Origin: an uncultured Gemmatimonadales bacterium
Lineage (GTDB): Bacteria > Gemmatimonadota > Gemmatimonadetes > Gemmatimonadales > Gemmatimonadaceae
DNA: 64,000 bases
Reading direction: 5' to 3'
Assembly (NCBI GenBank): GCA_963701965.1
Contig: OY969695.1
Location: forward strand, 3,808,001 to 3,872,000
Positions 56,994 to 64,000 of this stretch are shown piece after piece (within the stretch, counting starts at the first letter, position 1; each line of letters starts with the position of its first letter). The translations under genes were made by a program, and so were the position numbers. Below the pieces are notes generated by a model. The model made no database searches. It was not told the DNA's origin and saw nothing but the letters and a program-made list of their open reading frames with translations.

Positions 56994-57464
56994 TCAGCGC
57001 TTGACCGGCCGTACGCGCAAATGCTCGACGACCTCGAATCCCAGTGCATCCCAGGCGCGGTTGGCGGCATCGCCGTCGGCGACACTATGCAATCGAAACT
57101 CCTCGAGCCCGGTCTCTCGGGCCCACGCCTCGGCGCGCTCGATCAGGGCCGAGAGCACGCCCGTGCGCCGTTCCGCGGGCAGGACGTAGACGGAGGAGAC
57201 GTACGCATAGTGCTCGGGCATGAGGAGCGGCGATCCCGACGACTCGACGCACCGCAGAATGCCGACCGCCTGACCGTCCCGCTCGGCCAGGAAGGTGATC
57301 TCACCCGGTGAGTCCAATTGCCGCGCGAACAGCTTCCGCGCCCGCGCCGTCAGGTCGGGCGCTACCTGCCGGTAGATCGGGTTCGACCCGTGCTCGCGGA
57401 GGAGCGCCAGGCGGAGCGCGACCACCGCGTCCAGATCGCCCAGCGTCGCGGGGCGGACGCCCAA
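56994..57464 (-). CDS. GNAT N-acetyltransferase
   Basis: VRPAT..D, FLAE.DG..VG, YV.P..RRTGV..AL, A...W..LGF. Start uncertain (TTG 57464). Confidence 0.8.
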   Translation of the reverse strand: MGVRPATLGDLDAVVALRLALLREHGSNPIYRQVAPDLTARARKLFARQLDSPGEITFLAERDGQAVGILRCVESSGSPLLMPEHYAYVSSVYVLPAERRTGVLSALIERAEAWARETGLEEFRLHSVADGDAANRAWDALGFEVVEHLRVRPVKR

Positions 57465-57498
57465 GAGGGGTCTGGGGAGCGTCGCCCCAGTCCCCTCC

Positions 57499-58968
57499 CT
57501 ACGCCGAGAGGCCACCGCCGAACATGTCCTGGCCGGGCCGCCGCCGCTGTTCCTGCACGGCGCGGCCGTACTGTCCGGCGTCCGACCGCGAGATCTTCCG
57601 GCGGGCGACCAACGCTTCCAATACCAACTCGCCGGCCGCTGTCGCGAACGGTAGATCGCCGCGCGACGCGAGGCCGCTGTCGCGCACCACGCGCAACAAC
57701 CCCGGCACGGTCTCGAATCCCTTGTGGATCGTCTCCGTGGACACGTCATCCGAGACTTGGAGCGCGCCGCCGGCGTCGAACCACATTACGATCTCGTCGG
57801 TATTGATGCCGCCCGCGCGTTCTTTGAACGTCGCGTCCGACGCGCGCCGAATCAGCTCGCGCGCGATCGCCTGTCCGCCCACCAGCTCGCCCTCGTATTC
57901 CAACTCGATCTTGCCGGTGATGGCGGGGAGCGCGGCGTAAATGTCGGCGATCCGGGGCACGATCTCGTCCTCCCCGGCCTCCAAGGCCCGCCGCTCGGCG
58001 TTGGACACCACGTTCTCCAGTACCGAGATCGGGAGCCGTTGCGAGACGCCCGAGCGCCGGTCGATGCGCTTGTCGGACCGGGCCTCGAACGCGATCCGTT
58101 CGATTACCTCGGCGATGAAATCCGGAATCCGGACCCGCGCACCGCGAGCGGTCCACGCTTCTTGGGCCGTGATGGTGACACCGAGCGCGACCGTCTCCGG
58201 ATAGTGCGTGATGATCTCGCTGCCGATCCGATCCTTGAGCGGCGTGATGATCTTGCCGCGCGCCGTGTAGTCCTCGGGGTTGGCCGTGAAACAGAGCTCG
58301 ACATCCAGTGGCAGGCGCACCGGGTAGCCTTTGATCTGGACATCGCCCTCCTGCATGATGTTGAACAGGCCAACCTGGACTTTGCCCGCCAGATCGGGCA
58401 ACTCATTGAGGGCGAAGATCGCGCGATTGGCGCGGGGCAGCATCCCGTAGTGAATCGTGAGCTCGTCGGACAGCAGGTGTCCGCCGCGCGCGGCCTTGAT
58501 CGGATCGAGGTCGCCGATGATGTCGGCGATCGTGACGTCCGGCGTGGCCAGTTTCTCCACGTACCGCGACGACCGGTCGAGCCAGGCGACGGGCGTGTCG
58601 TCGCCCGCCTCGGTCAACAAGGCGCGGGCGTATTTCGAGATCGGCGCGAACGGATTGTCGTTCACTTCGCTGCCGGCCACGATGGGCATGGCGTCGTCCA
58701 GCAACGTGGTCAGCGCCCGCAGGATGCGCGATTTGGCCTGACCGCGGAGACCCAGCAAAATGAAGTTGTGCCGGGAGAGGATGGCGTTGACCATCTGCGG
58801 CATGACGGTTTCTTCGTAGCCGATCACGCCGGGGAAAAGCGGCCCGCGGCAGGCGAGCCGGGCGAGCAGATTTTGGCGCAGCTCGTCCTTGACCGATCGG
58901 CGGGCTCGTTCGGGAGTGCCGAACGGCGACGCCTTGAGTGCGCCGAGCGTTTCGGGCAATGGCGACAA
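57499..58968 (-). CDS. Mg-chelatase ChlI-like AAA+ ATPase
   Basis: GLRGQAKS Walker A variant, EKLATPD, NELPDL, TANPEDYT.RG.IITPLKDR. Confidence 0.88.
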   Translation of the reverse strand: MSPLPETLGALKASPFGTPERARRSVKDELRQNLLARLACRGPLFPGVIGYEETVMPQMVNAILSRHNFILLGLRGQAKSRILRALTTLLDDAMPIVAGSEVNDNPFAPISKYARALLTEAGDDTPVAWLDRSSRYVEKLATPDVTIADIIGDLDPIKAARGGHLLSDELTIHYGMLPRANRAIFALNELPDLAGKVQVGLFNIMQEGDVQIKGYPVRLPLDVELCFTANPEDYTARGKIITPLKDRIGSEIITHYPETVALGVTITAQEAWTARGARVRIPDFIAEVIERIAFEARSDKRIDRRSGVSQRLPISVLENVVSNAERRALEAGEDEIVPRIADIYAALPAITGKIELEYEGELVGGQAIARELIRRASDATFKERAGGINTDEIVMWFDAGGALQVSDDVSTETIHKGFETVPGLLRVVRDSGLASRGDLPFATAAGELVLEALVARRKISRSDAGQYGRAVQEQRRRPGQDMFGGGLSA

Positions 58969-59031
58969 GTCAAATCTCCAGAGAATGACGAGAGTCTTCT
59001 ATCGGTACAACACCGGCGCCAGGGCGGAAGT

Positions 59032-61098
59032 TCAGCCCGCCGGTGAGACCTCGACCAGGTTGTCGTAGAATACCGGCCCGTGCCCGAGATCGGTCTCCAA
59101 TTGTGATGTTGTCGCGTTCGCGTTCTGCCCATCGCTGGTGTACTTGCCCCACCACACCGACGGTGCCCACACCACGCCGGGTCGCACGCTCTCCACGACT
59201 TTGGCCCGCGCGGTGAACTGGCCGCGGTCATTGTGGACGACCACGAGGTCGCCATCGGCGATGGCCCGTGGCGCCGCGTCCGTGGGGTGCACGTGGCATT
59301 CCGGTTCCGCGTTCCGCCGGAGCGTCGGCACGTTGACGAACGATGAATTCAGGAACTGGTGCCGCGGTGAAGAGATGAGCGTGAGCGGAAAGCGGGCCGC
59401 CAACGCCGGCGACCGCTCCACCGATTCGCGCGGCGGCGTGTACGTCGGCACGGGATCGAGGCCCAGCGCGGCCATGCGCTCCGAATACAGCTCGCACTTC
59501 CCGCTGGGGCTCGGAAACCCTCCTTCGGCGTACGGCAGATATGGCCGCGGTACATCGAGCCGCACCCAGCCCCGCTCCATGAGGGTCTCAAAGGTTACCG
59601 TCGCCATGCGCGGATTGGCCGAAGCCAACGCCTGGCGAATGATGGTCAGGTCGTCGTCGGCCAGCGCTGGGTGCGTCAACCCCATACGGGACGCGATCAG
59701 GCGGAAGATCTCGCTGTTCGGCTTGCTCTCGCCCAGGGGAGCGATCGCCGGACGGTTGAGCGACGCGTAGAAATGGCCGTAGGCGTAGTGAAGGTCCCAG
59801 TGTTCCAGCTGGGTAGTCGCCGGCAACACCACATCCGCATAGTCCGCGGTATCGGTCTGGAAGTGTTCCAGCACGACCGTAAAGAGATCGTCGCGCCGGA
59901 GCCCCGCGAGGACGGCGTTGCGATCCGGATTGACCGAGCCAGGATTGCAGTTGTACACGATCAAGGCCCGGACCGGCGGTCCGCCTACCCCCGCGTCCGG
60001 GCTGGTCAACGCCTCCCCGAGGTGCGTCATGTTGATCGTTCGCACCGGTGGGGAGAGATCCGGGCGCTCCAGCGCCGCGCGGTTGAACGCGAACGCGCCG
60101 CTCGTCGAGAGTTGGACGCCGCCACCGGGGCGGCGCCAGTGCCCGGTGACCGCCGGCAGGCAGGCAATGGTCCGGACCGCCATCCCGCCGCCCGCATGCC
60201 GTTGGAGGCCGTAATTCACCCGGATGAAGGCCGCCCGGGCCTGTCCATATCGCCTGCCCAACGCGACGATCTGCTCCGGCGCGAGCCCCGTATGCCGCGC
60301 CACGATCTCCGGCGGGTACTCCTGGGCACGCGCGCGCAGCGCCCCGGCGCCGATCGTGTAGCGATCCAGGTAGTCCGCGTCCTCCAGGTGCTCGGCGAAG
60401 ATCACGTGCATCATCCCGAGCGCCAGGGCGGCATCGGCGCCGGGACGGATCGGCAGCCACTCGTCGCACTGGGCGGCCGTGCGCGTGCGGAGCGGGTCGA
60501 TGCAAATGATCGGCGCGCCCCGCCGCCGCGCTTCCAGCACGAACGGCCAGAGGTGGGGATTGGACGTCAGCGTGTTGGTCCCCCACAACAGCACGAGATC
60601 GCTGTCGGGGATCCCTTCGGAATCGGCGCCAAGGTTGGCGCCGAGGGTCATTTTCATGGCCTGCGCGCCGGCCTCGGAGCAAATCGTGCGGTCCAGTTTG
60701 GACGCGCCCAGCAGATGGAAAAAGCGGTGGTCCATGGCGCTCCCCTGGACCAGCCCCATGGTGCCGGCATACGAGTAGGGAAGGATCGCCTGCGGTCCGT
60801 CACTGGATCGCGCGATGGCCGTCAGTCGCCCGGCGATCTCGTCCAGGGCGTCATCCCACGTGATCGGGGTGAACGTCCCGGTGCCCTTTGGCCCGGTGCG
60901 CCGGAGGGGCGTCCGGAGGCGTCCATCATCGTACGTGCGCTCCACATACCGATTCACCTTGGCGCATAAAAAGCCCTGGGTGAACGGGTGGCTTGGATCG
61001 CCCGCGATAGACACGGCCCGACCGTCTACGACCGTGGTCAGTGTCGCGCACGTGTCCGGGCAGTCGTGGGGGCACGCGCCACGAACGATCGTCGTCAT
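59032..61098 (-). CDS. Molybdopterin oxidoreductase (DMSO reductase superfamily, N-terminal 4Fe-4S)
   Basis: CPHDCPDTC, G.LCAK, ITWDDALD, TDTA.YAD.VLPA, HP.DA..R.I.DGD. No Tat signal. Confidence 0.9.
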   Translation of the reverse strand: MTTIVRGACPHDCPDTCATLTTVVDGRAVSIAGDPSHPFTQGFLCAKVNRYVERTYDDGRLRTPLRRTGPKGTGTFTPITWDDALDEIAGRLTAIARSSDGPQAILPYSYAGTMGLVQGSAMDHRFFHLLGASKLDRTICSEAGAQAMKMTLGANLGADSEGIPDSDLVLLWGTNTLTSNPHLWPFVLEARRRGAPIICIDPLRTRTAAQCDEWLPIRPGADAALALGMMHVIFAEHLEDADYLDRYTIGAGALRARAQEYPPEIVARHTGLAPEQIVALGRRYGQARAAFIRVNYGLQRHAGGGMAVRTIACLPAVTGHWRRPGGGVQLSTSGAFAFNRAALERPDLSPPVRTINMTHLGEALTSPDAGVGGPPVRALIVYNCNPGSVNPDRNAVLAGLRRDDLFTVVLEHFQTDTADYADVVLPATTQLEHWDLHYAYGHFYASLNRPAIAPLGESKPNSEIFRLIASRMGLTHPALADDDLTIIRQALASANPRMATVTFETLMERGWVRLDVPRPYLPYAEGGFPSPSGKCELYSERMAALGLDPVPTYTPPRESVERSPALAARFPLTLISSPRHQFLNSSFVNVPTLRRNAEPECHVHPTDAAPRAIADGDLVVVHNDRGQFTARAKVVESVRPGVVWAPSVWWGKYTSDGQNANATTSQLETDLGHGPVFYDNLVEVSPAG

Positions 61099-61264
61099 TA
61101 CCCTCGAAACTAGCCTCCGGCCGGCACTTGGCGCCAGCGGACTGGTCTTGACACTGACATTGTAGCCTGTAACTTCCTGCCGATTCCGAGCATTTTGCAC
61201 AACGGAATGCGGATGCGTGCACGGACCACGCCCATACTTCCGACCCCTGATCAGGAGATTGTAA

Positions 61265-61519
61265 ATGAAGCGTCTGGCCCTTGTCGCTGCCGCACTCACG
61301 ATCGTCGCATGTAAGGCGAAGGACACCAACTCGACGCCCGCTGCCGATAGCACCGCTGCGGCCGCGCCCGCGATGGCGCCTGCGCCGGCGGCCGACACGA
61401 GCATGAAGAAGGACACGTCCATGAAGTCGATGTCCGCCGACACCGGCATGAAGAAAGACACCGCCATGAAGGGCATGGCGATGGACTCGACCAAGAAAAA
61501 GCACAAGCCGAAGAATTGA
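61265..61519 (+). CDS. Small Met/Lys/Asp-rich lipoprotein (MXKDX-repeat-like)
   Basis: AGGAG RBS, signal peptide ending IVAC, repeats DTSMKK/DTSMKS/DTGMKK/DTAMKG; TTGACA-16-TAACTT at 61148-61175. Confidence 0.8.
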   Translation: MKRLALVAAALTIVACKAKDTNSTPAADSTAAAAPAMAPAPAADTSMKKDTSMKSMSADTGMKKDTAMKGMAMDSTKKKHKPKN

Positions 61520-61544
61520 TGTTCGGCGTGGGACGCGATGTCAC

Positions 61545-61572
61545 GAGGGGCGCGGTATAGACCGCGCCCCTC
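61545..61572. terminator. Perfect 12-bp hairpin between convergent genes
   Basis: GAGGGGCGCGGT-atag-ACCGCGCCCCTC. Confidence 0.7.
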
Positions 61573-61578
61573 TGTGCA

Positions 61579-62214
61579 TTACACCCAGTCGGATGACGAG
61601 AGCCACGGGGGCGGCGCGTCCGACGGCGACGGACGGTCTTTTCGCAGGACCGCCAGGAGCGCCGACAGGCGCCGCTCAAACTCCTCTTCCGGCAGCACGG
61701 GCTCGACGTCGCGATAATCGGCGCCGTCATCCAGCTCGACCCAGGACACACAACCCGCGTACCGCGGCGCCTCGGGAACGATGACCGGCTTCCGCAGCCG
61801 CTCGACCCGCAGTGTGATGAACTGCGCGCCGGGATCCCGGTAGTAGAACCGCTTCTCGATGGCCTTCCACGAGATCCCCAGCTCGTGCTGCGCCTCCCGG
61901 ATCGTTTCCAAGTTGCGGATGCGCCAGATGATAGCGGGTTGAGCCAGATATTCGAGGCGCACCTGTCCGGGCACGCCGTGCCGCTCCATCGCGGGGCCGA
62001 CGGTCGCCGCGAACCGGGGCGCCACCAGGCCGGTTTGTCCGTGAAAGAGGGTCGGATAGAGCCAGAACCGATCTTCCTTCATCCGGAAGCCGCGGCGCTG
62101 ATCGCGGATACCCCCAGACCGGAGAATGCCAATGATATCGCCGCGGCCCAGTGCGTCGGCGACCACCGCCCATTCCTTGAGCGCGGTGCGCTCGGGCCGG
62201 GGAAAGTCTACCAT
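61579..62214 (-). CDS. DUF1802-like protein
   Basis: ALKEWA....AL..G...ILR.GGI, F.LYPT..H, Y.GC.SWV.L. Confidence 0.8.
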   Translation of the reverse strand: MVDFPRPERTALKEWAVVADALGRGDIIGILRSGGIRDQRRGFRMKEDRFWLYPTLFHGQTGLVAPRFAATVGPAMERHGVPGQVRLEYLAQPAIIWRIRNLETIREAQHELGISWKAIEKRFYYRDPGAQFITLRVERLRKPVIVPEAPRYAGCVSWVELDDGADYRDVEPVLPEEEFERRLSALLAVLRKDRPSPSDAPPPWLSSSDWV

Positions 62215-63224
62215 GCCTCGGGAAACGGTAAGGTCGTGACCGTGGCGTCCGTCTCGCCGGATTCCCACCGCGCCGACACGCTCGTGCCGGGGGCGATCTC
62301 CCGCCGCACGATGGCCAACGCAATGTCGCCGAGCCGCGGACTGCGCACGGCGGATCGCACATCCCCGACTTCCTTGCCGGCGGCGTTCACCAGCGGCGCC
62401 CGCATTGGCGGCAGCGCGCCCAGTTTGAGCCCGCGCAGGTGCCGATTCACGTGCCCGCGAAAATGGATGCGGGCCACGGTCTCCTGGCCGGTGTAGCAGC
62501 CCTTCGTGTAGGAGATCGCGCCCAGCTCGTCCAGGTTCGCTTCCTGGGGGATGGTGGTCTCGTCGATGTCGATGCCCCACTCGAGCCGCCCGGCCTCGAC
62601 GCGGACGATTTCCCAGGTGGCCTGGGAGCACGCCACCGCACCCGCCGCGATGAGCCGCCGCCACAGACTGTCGCGGGTGTCGGCATTGGCGATCAGCTCG
62701 AATCCCTCGCCATCGGGCGAGGGGACCCGTAGCGCGATGACGTCCTGGGCAGTGATGTGCCCATACGCCGGCAACGCCTGCACGGTCTGGGGATCGGCCG
62801 CCAGCGCCGCGGCAACCACCTGCGCGCCTCGCACGCCCAGCACGCCAATGGCGCACGTCGCGGGCGTTTCGTCCGCGTACGGCGTCGACCGCGGATTCAC
62901 GTACTTGCGGACCACGTCGGCGAATCCGGGGGCGGCGAGCGCCGGGACATCGACCAGCAGCGAGTCGGCGAACCGCAGAATGCGCACGTCGGCGACGATC
63001 TTGCCTTTGGGCGTCAGCACGGCCGCGTACTGACCCTGGCCCGGGACCAGCGCCAGCACATCGTTGGTCACCAGCCCGGTCAGCGTATCCGCGGCCCGCG
63101 CGCCGCGAAATCGCCACCGCGCCCGCCCGGGTCGATCGATCGCCGCCGCGCCCGCGCGAATCGCCGCGTATTCGCCGGCGGGATCGCCATGCAGAAAGCC
63201 GGACTCGACGCCCACCGAGGTCAT
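62208..63224 (-). CDS. ygfZ: YgfZ/GcvT-family folate-binding protein
   Basis: L.GL.TND, L.PKGK, R.EAG, KGCYTGQE signature. Confidence 0.88.
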   Translation of the reverse strand: MTSVGVESGFLHGDPAGEYAAIRAGAAAIDRPGRARWRFRGARAADTLTGLVTNDVLALVPGQGQYAAVLTPKGKIVADVRILRFADSLLVDVPALAAPGFADVVRKYVNPRSTPYADETPATCAIGVLGVRGAQVVAAALAADPQTVQALPAYGHITAQDVIALRVPSPDGEGFELIANADTRDSLWRRLIAAGAVACSQATWEIVRVEAGRLEWGIDIDETTIPQEANLDELGAISYTKGCYTGQETVARIHFRGHVNRHLRGLKLGALPPMRAPLVNAAGKEVGDVRSAVRSPRLGDIALAIVRREIAPGTSVSARWESGETDATVTTLPFPEAW

Positions 63225-63228
63225 GATC

Positions 63229-64000
63229 TCAAGTAAACCGGTCGCCGCGAGCGGCGTAAGAGGCGTCGAGGAGCTCGACCGGATGGACCGCGTGCACGGG
63301 CGCGCCCGTGCGCCGCAGGCCCCCGCCAATCTGCATGAGACACCCCGGATTGCCCGTCGCGACCCACGCCGCGCCTGATTCGGCGATACGCTGGAGCTTG
63401 GGCGCCAGCACGCGTCCGGCGAGCGCGGGCTCCAGGAGGTTGTAGATGCCGGCGCTGCCACAGCACTGGTCGGCATCGCCGAGGGGCACCAACGCGATAC
63501 CCGGGATCGCGCGCAGCAGCGCCAGAGGCGCGTCGGTCACGCGCTGCGCATGATGCAGAATGACAGGGCGCGTCGTACGTCACAGTGCCCGCGAGCGGGC
63601 CGCCCGATTTCGGACCCGCGGCGGCGAGCAGTTCGCTCACATCGCGCGCCCGCGACGCGACGGCCTCGGCGCGGGCGGCCCATGCCGGATCGTCGGCCAG
63701 CAAATGTCCGTACTCCTTCACCATGGCGCCGCACCCCGCGGCATTGATGGCGATCCAATCGGCGCCAGCGCGCTCGAACGCCGCGACGTTCACGCGGGCC
63801 AGCGCCGCGGCCGTCCGCAGATCGCCGGCGTGGGCGTGCAGGGCGCCGCAGCAGCGCTGCCCGGCGGCGGGCACGACGCGATAGTCGTTGACGGTCAGCG
63901 TCCGCGCGGTAGCGTCGTTCGTGTCTTTGAACAGGCCATGCATGACACATCCGCGCAGCACCGCTACGGTGCCGCGCGATCCGTCGATTGGAACAGTGTA
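63229..64000 (-). CDS. glcF: GlcF-like CCG-domain Fe-S protein; 5' truncated; apparent frameshift at ~63559
   Basis: GCV, CCGALH.HAG, N.AGCG..VKEY, TYDAPCH | CCGSAGIYN, T.NPGC.MQI, HPVELL. Deleting one base at 63556-63562 restores APCHLHHAQ. Confidence 0.8.

Noticed and set aside
6699..57261. Other CAGAATG/CATTCTG occurrences (e.g. 6699, 21581, 33341)
   Set aside because: They read as in-frame Ile-Leu codons in intact genes; no frameshift.
1..64000. Many long overlapping ORFs (e.g. 6732..8672, 19332..21854, 24270..26498, 38354..40009, 55022..57085)
   Set aside because: Arg/Gly/Pro-rich shadow frames of GC-rich genes with no recognisable motifs; each overlaps a well-supported CDS.

Overview
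High-GC bacterial DNA, Gemmatimonadota-like by gene content (inference). Positions 1-49.9 kb are a large Wzx/Wzy exopolysaccharide and surface-glycan region. It holds two paralogous Big_2 (Ig-like) proteins with a shared lyase/lectin-like C-terminal domain, wzy-like polymerase, wzx, wza-like export protein, wzc, a priming sugar transferase, many GT2/GT4/GT-C enzymes, three polysaccharide deacetylases, O-acylation genes (AT3-SGNH, SGNH, MBOAT), asnB, an ATP-grasp protein and a nucleotide-sugar dehydrogenase. An NtrC-type regulator, a kinase and gltA are embedded in it. Non-coding signals read directly from the sequence are a c-di-GMP-I riboswitch (3093-3190), three sigma54-like promoters each with upstream TGT-N12-ACA palindromes, and a SAM-II riboswitch (52770-52821, minus strand). 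The SAM-II element heads a thrC-like / sulfur-carrier / MoeZ operon that is divergent from cysK, which points to sulfur-carrier-dependent homocysteine synthesis. The rest is housekeeping: vWA and AAA ATPase, MFS, Mo-oxidoreductase, ygfZ, glcF-like. All three clear frameshifts fall on the same CAGATG->CAGAATG change, most likely a motif-specific sequencing artefact. No tRNA, rRNA, CRISPR array or transposase was recognised.
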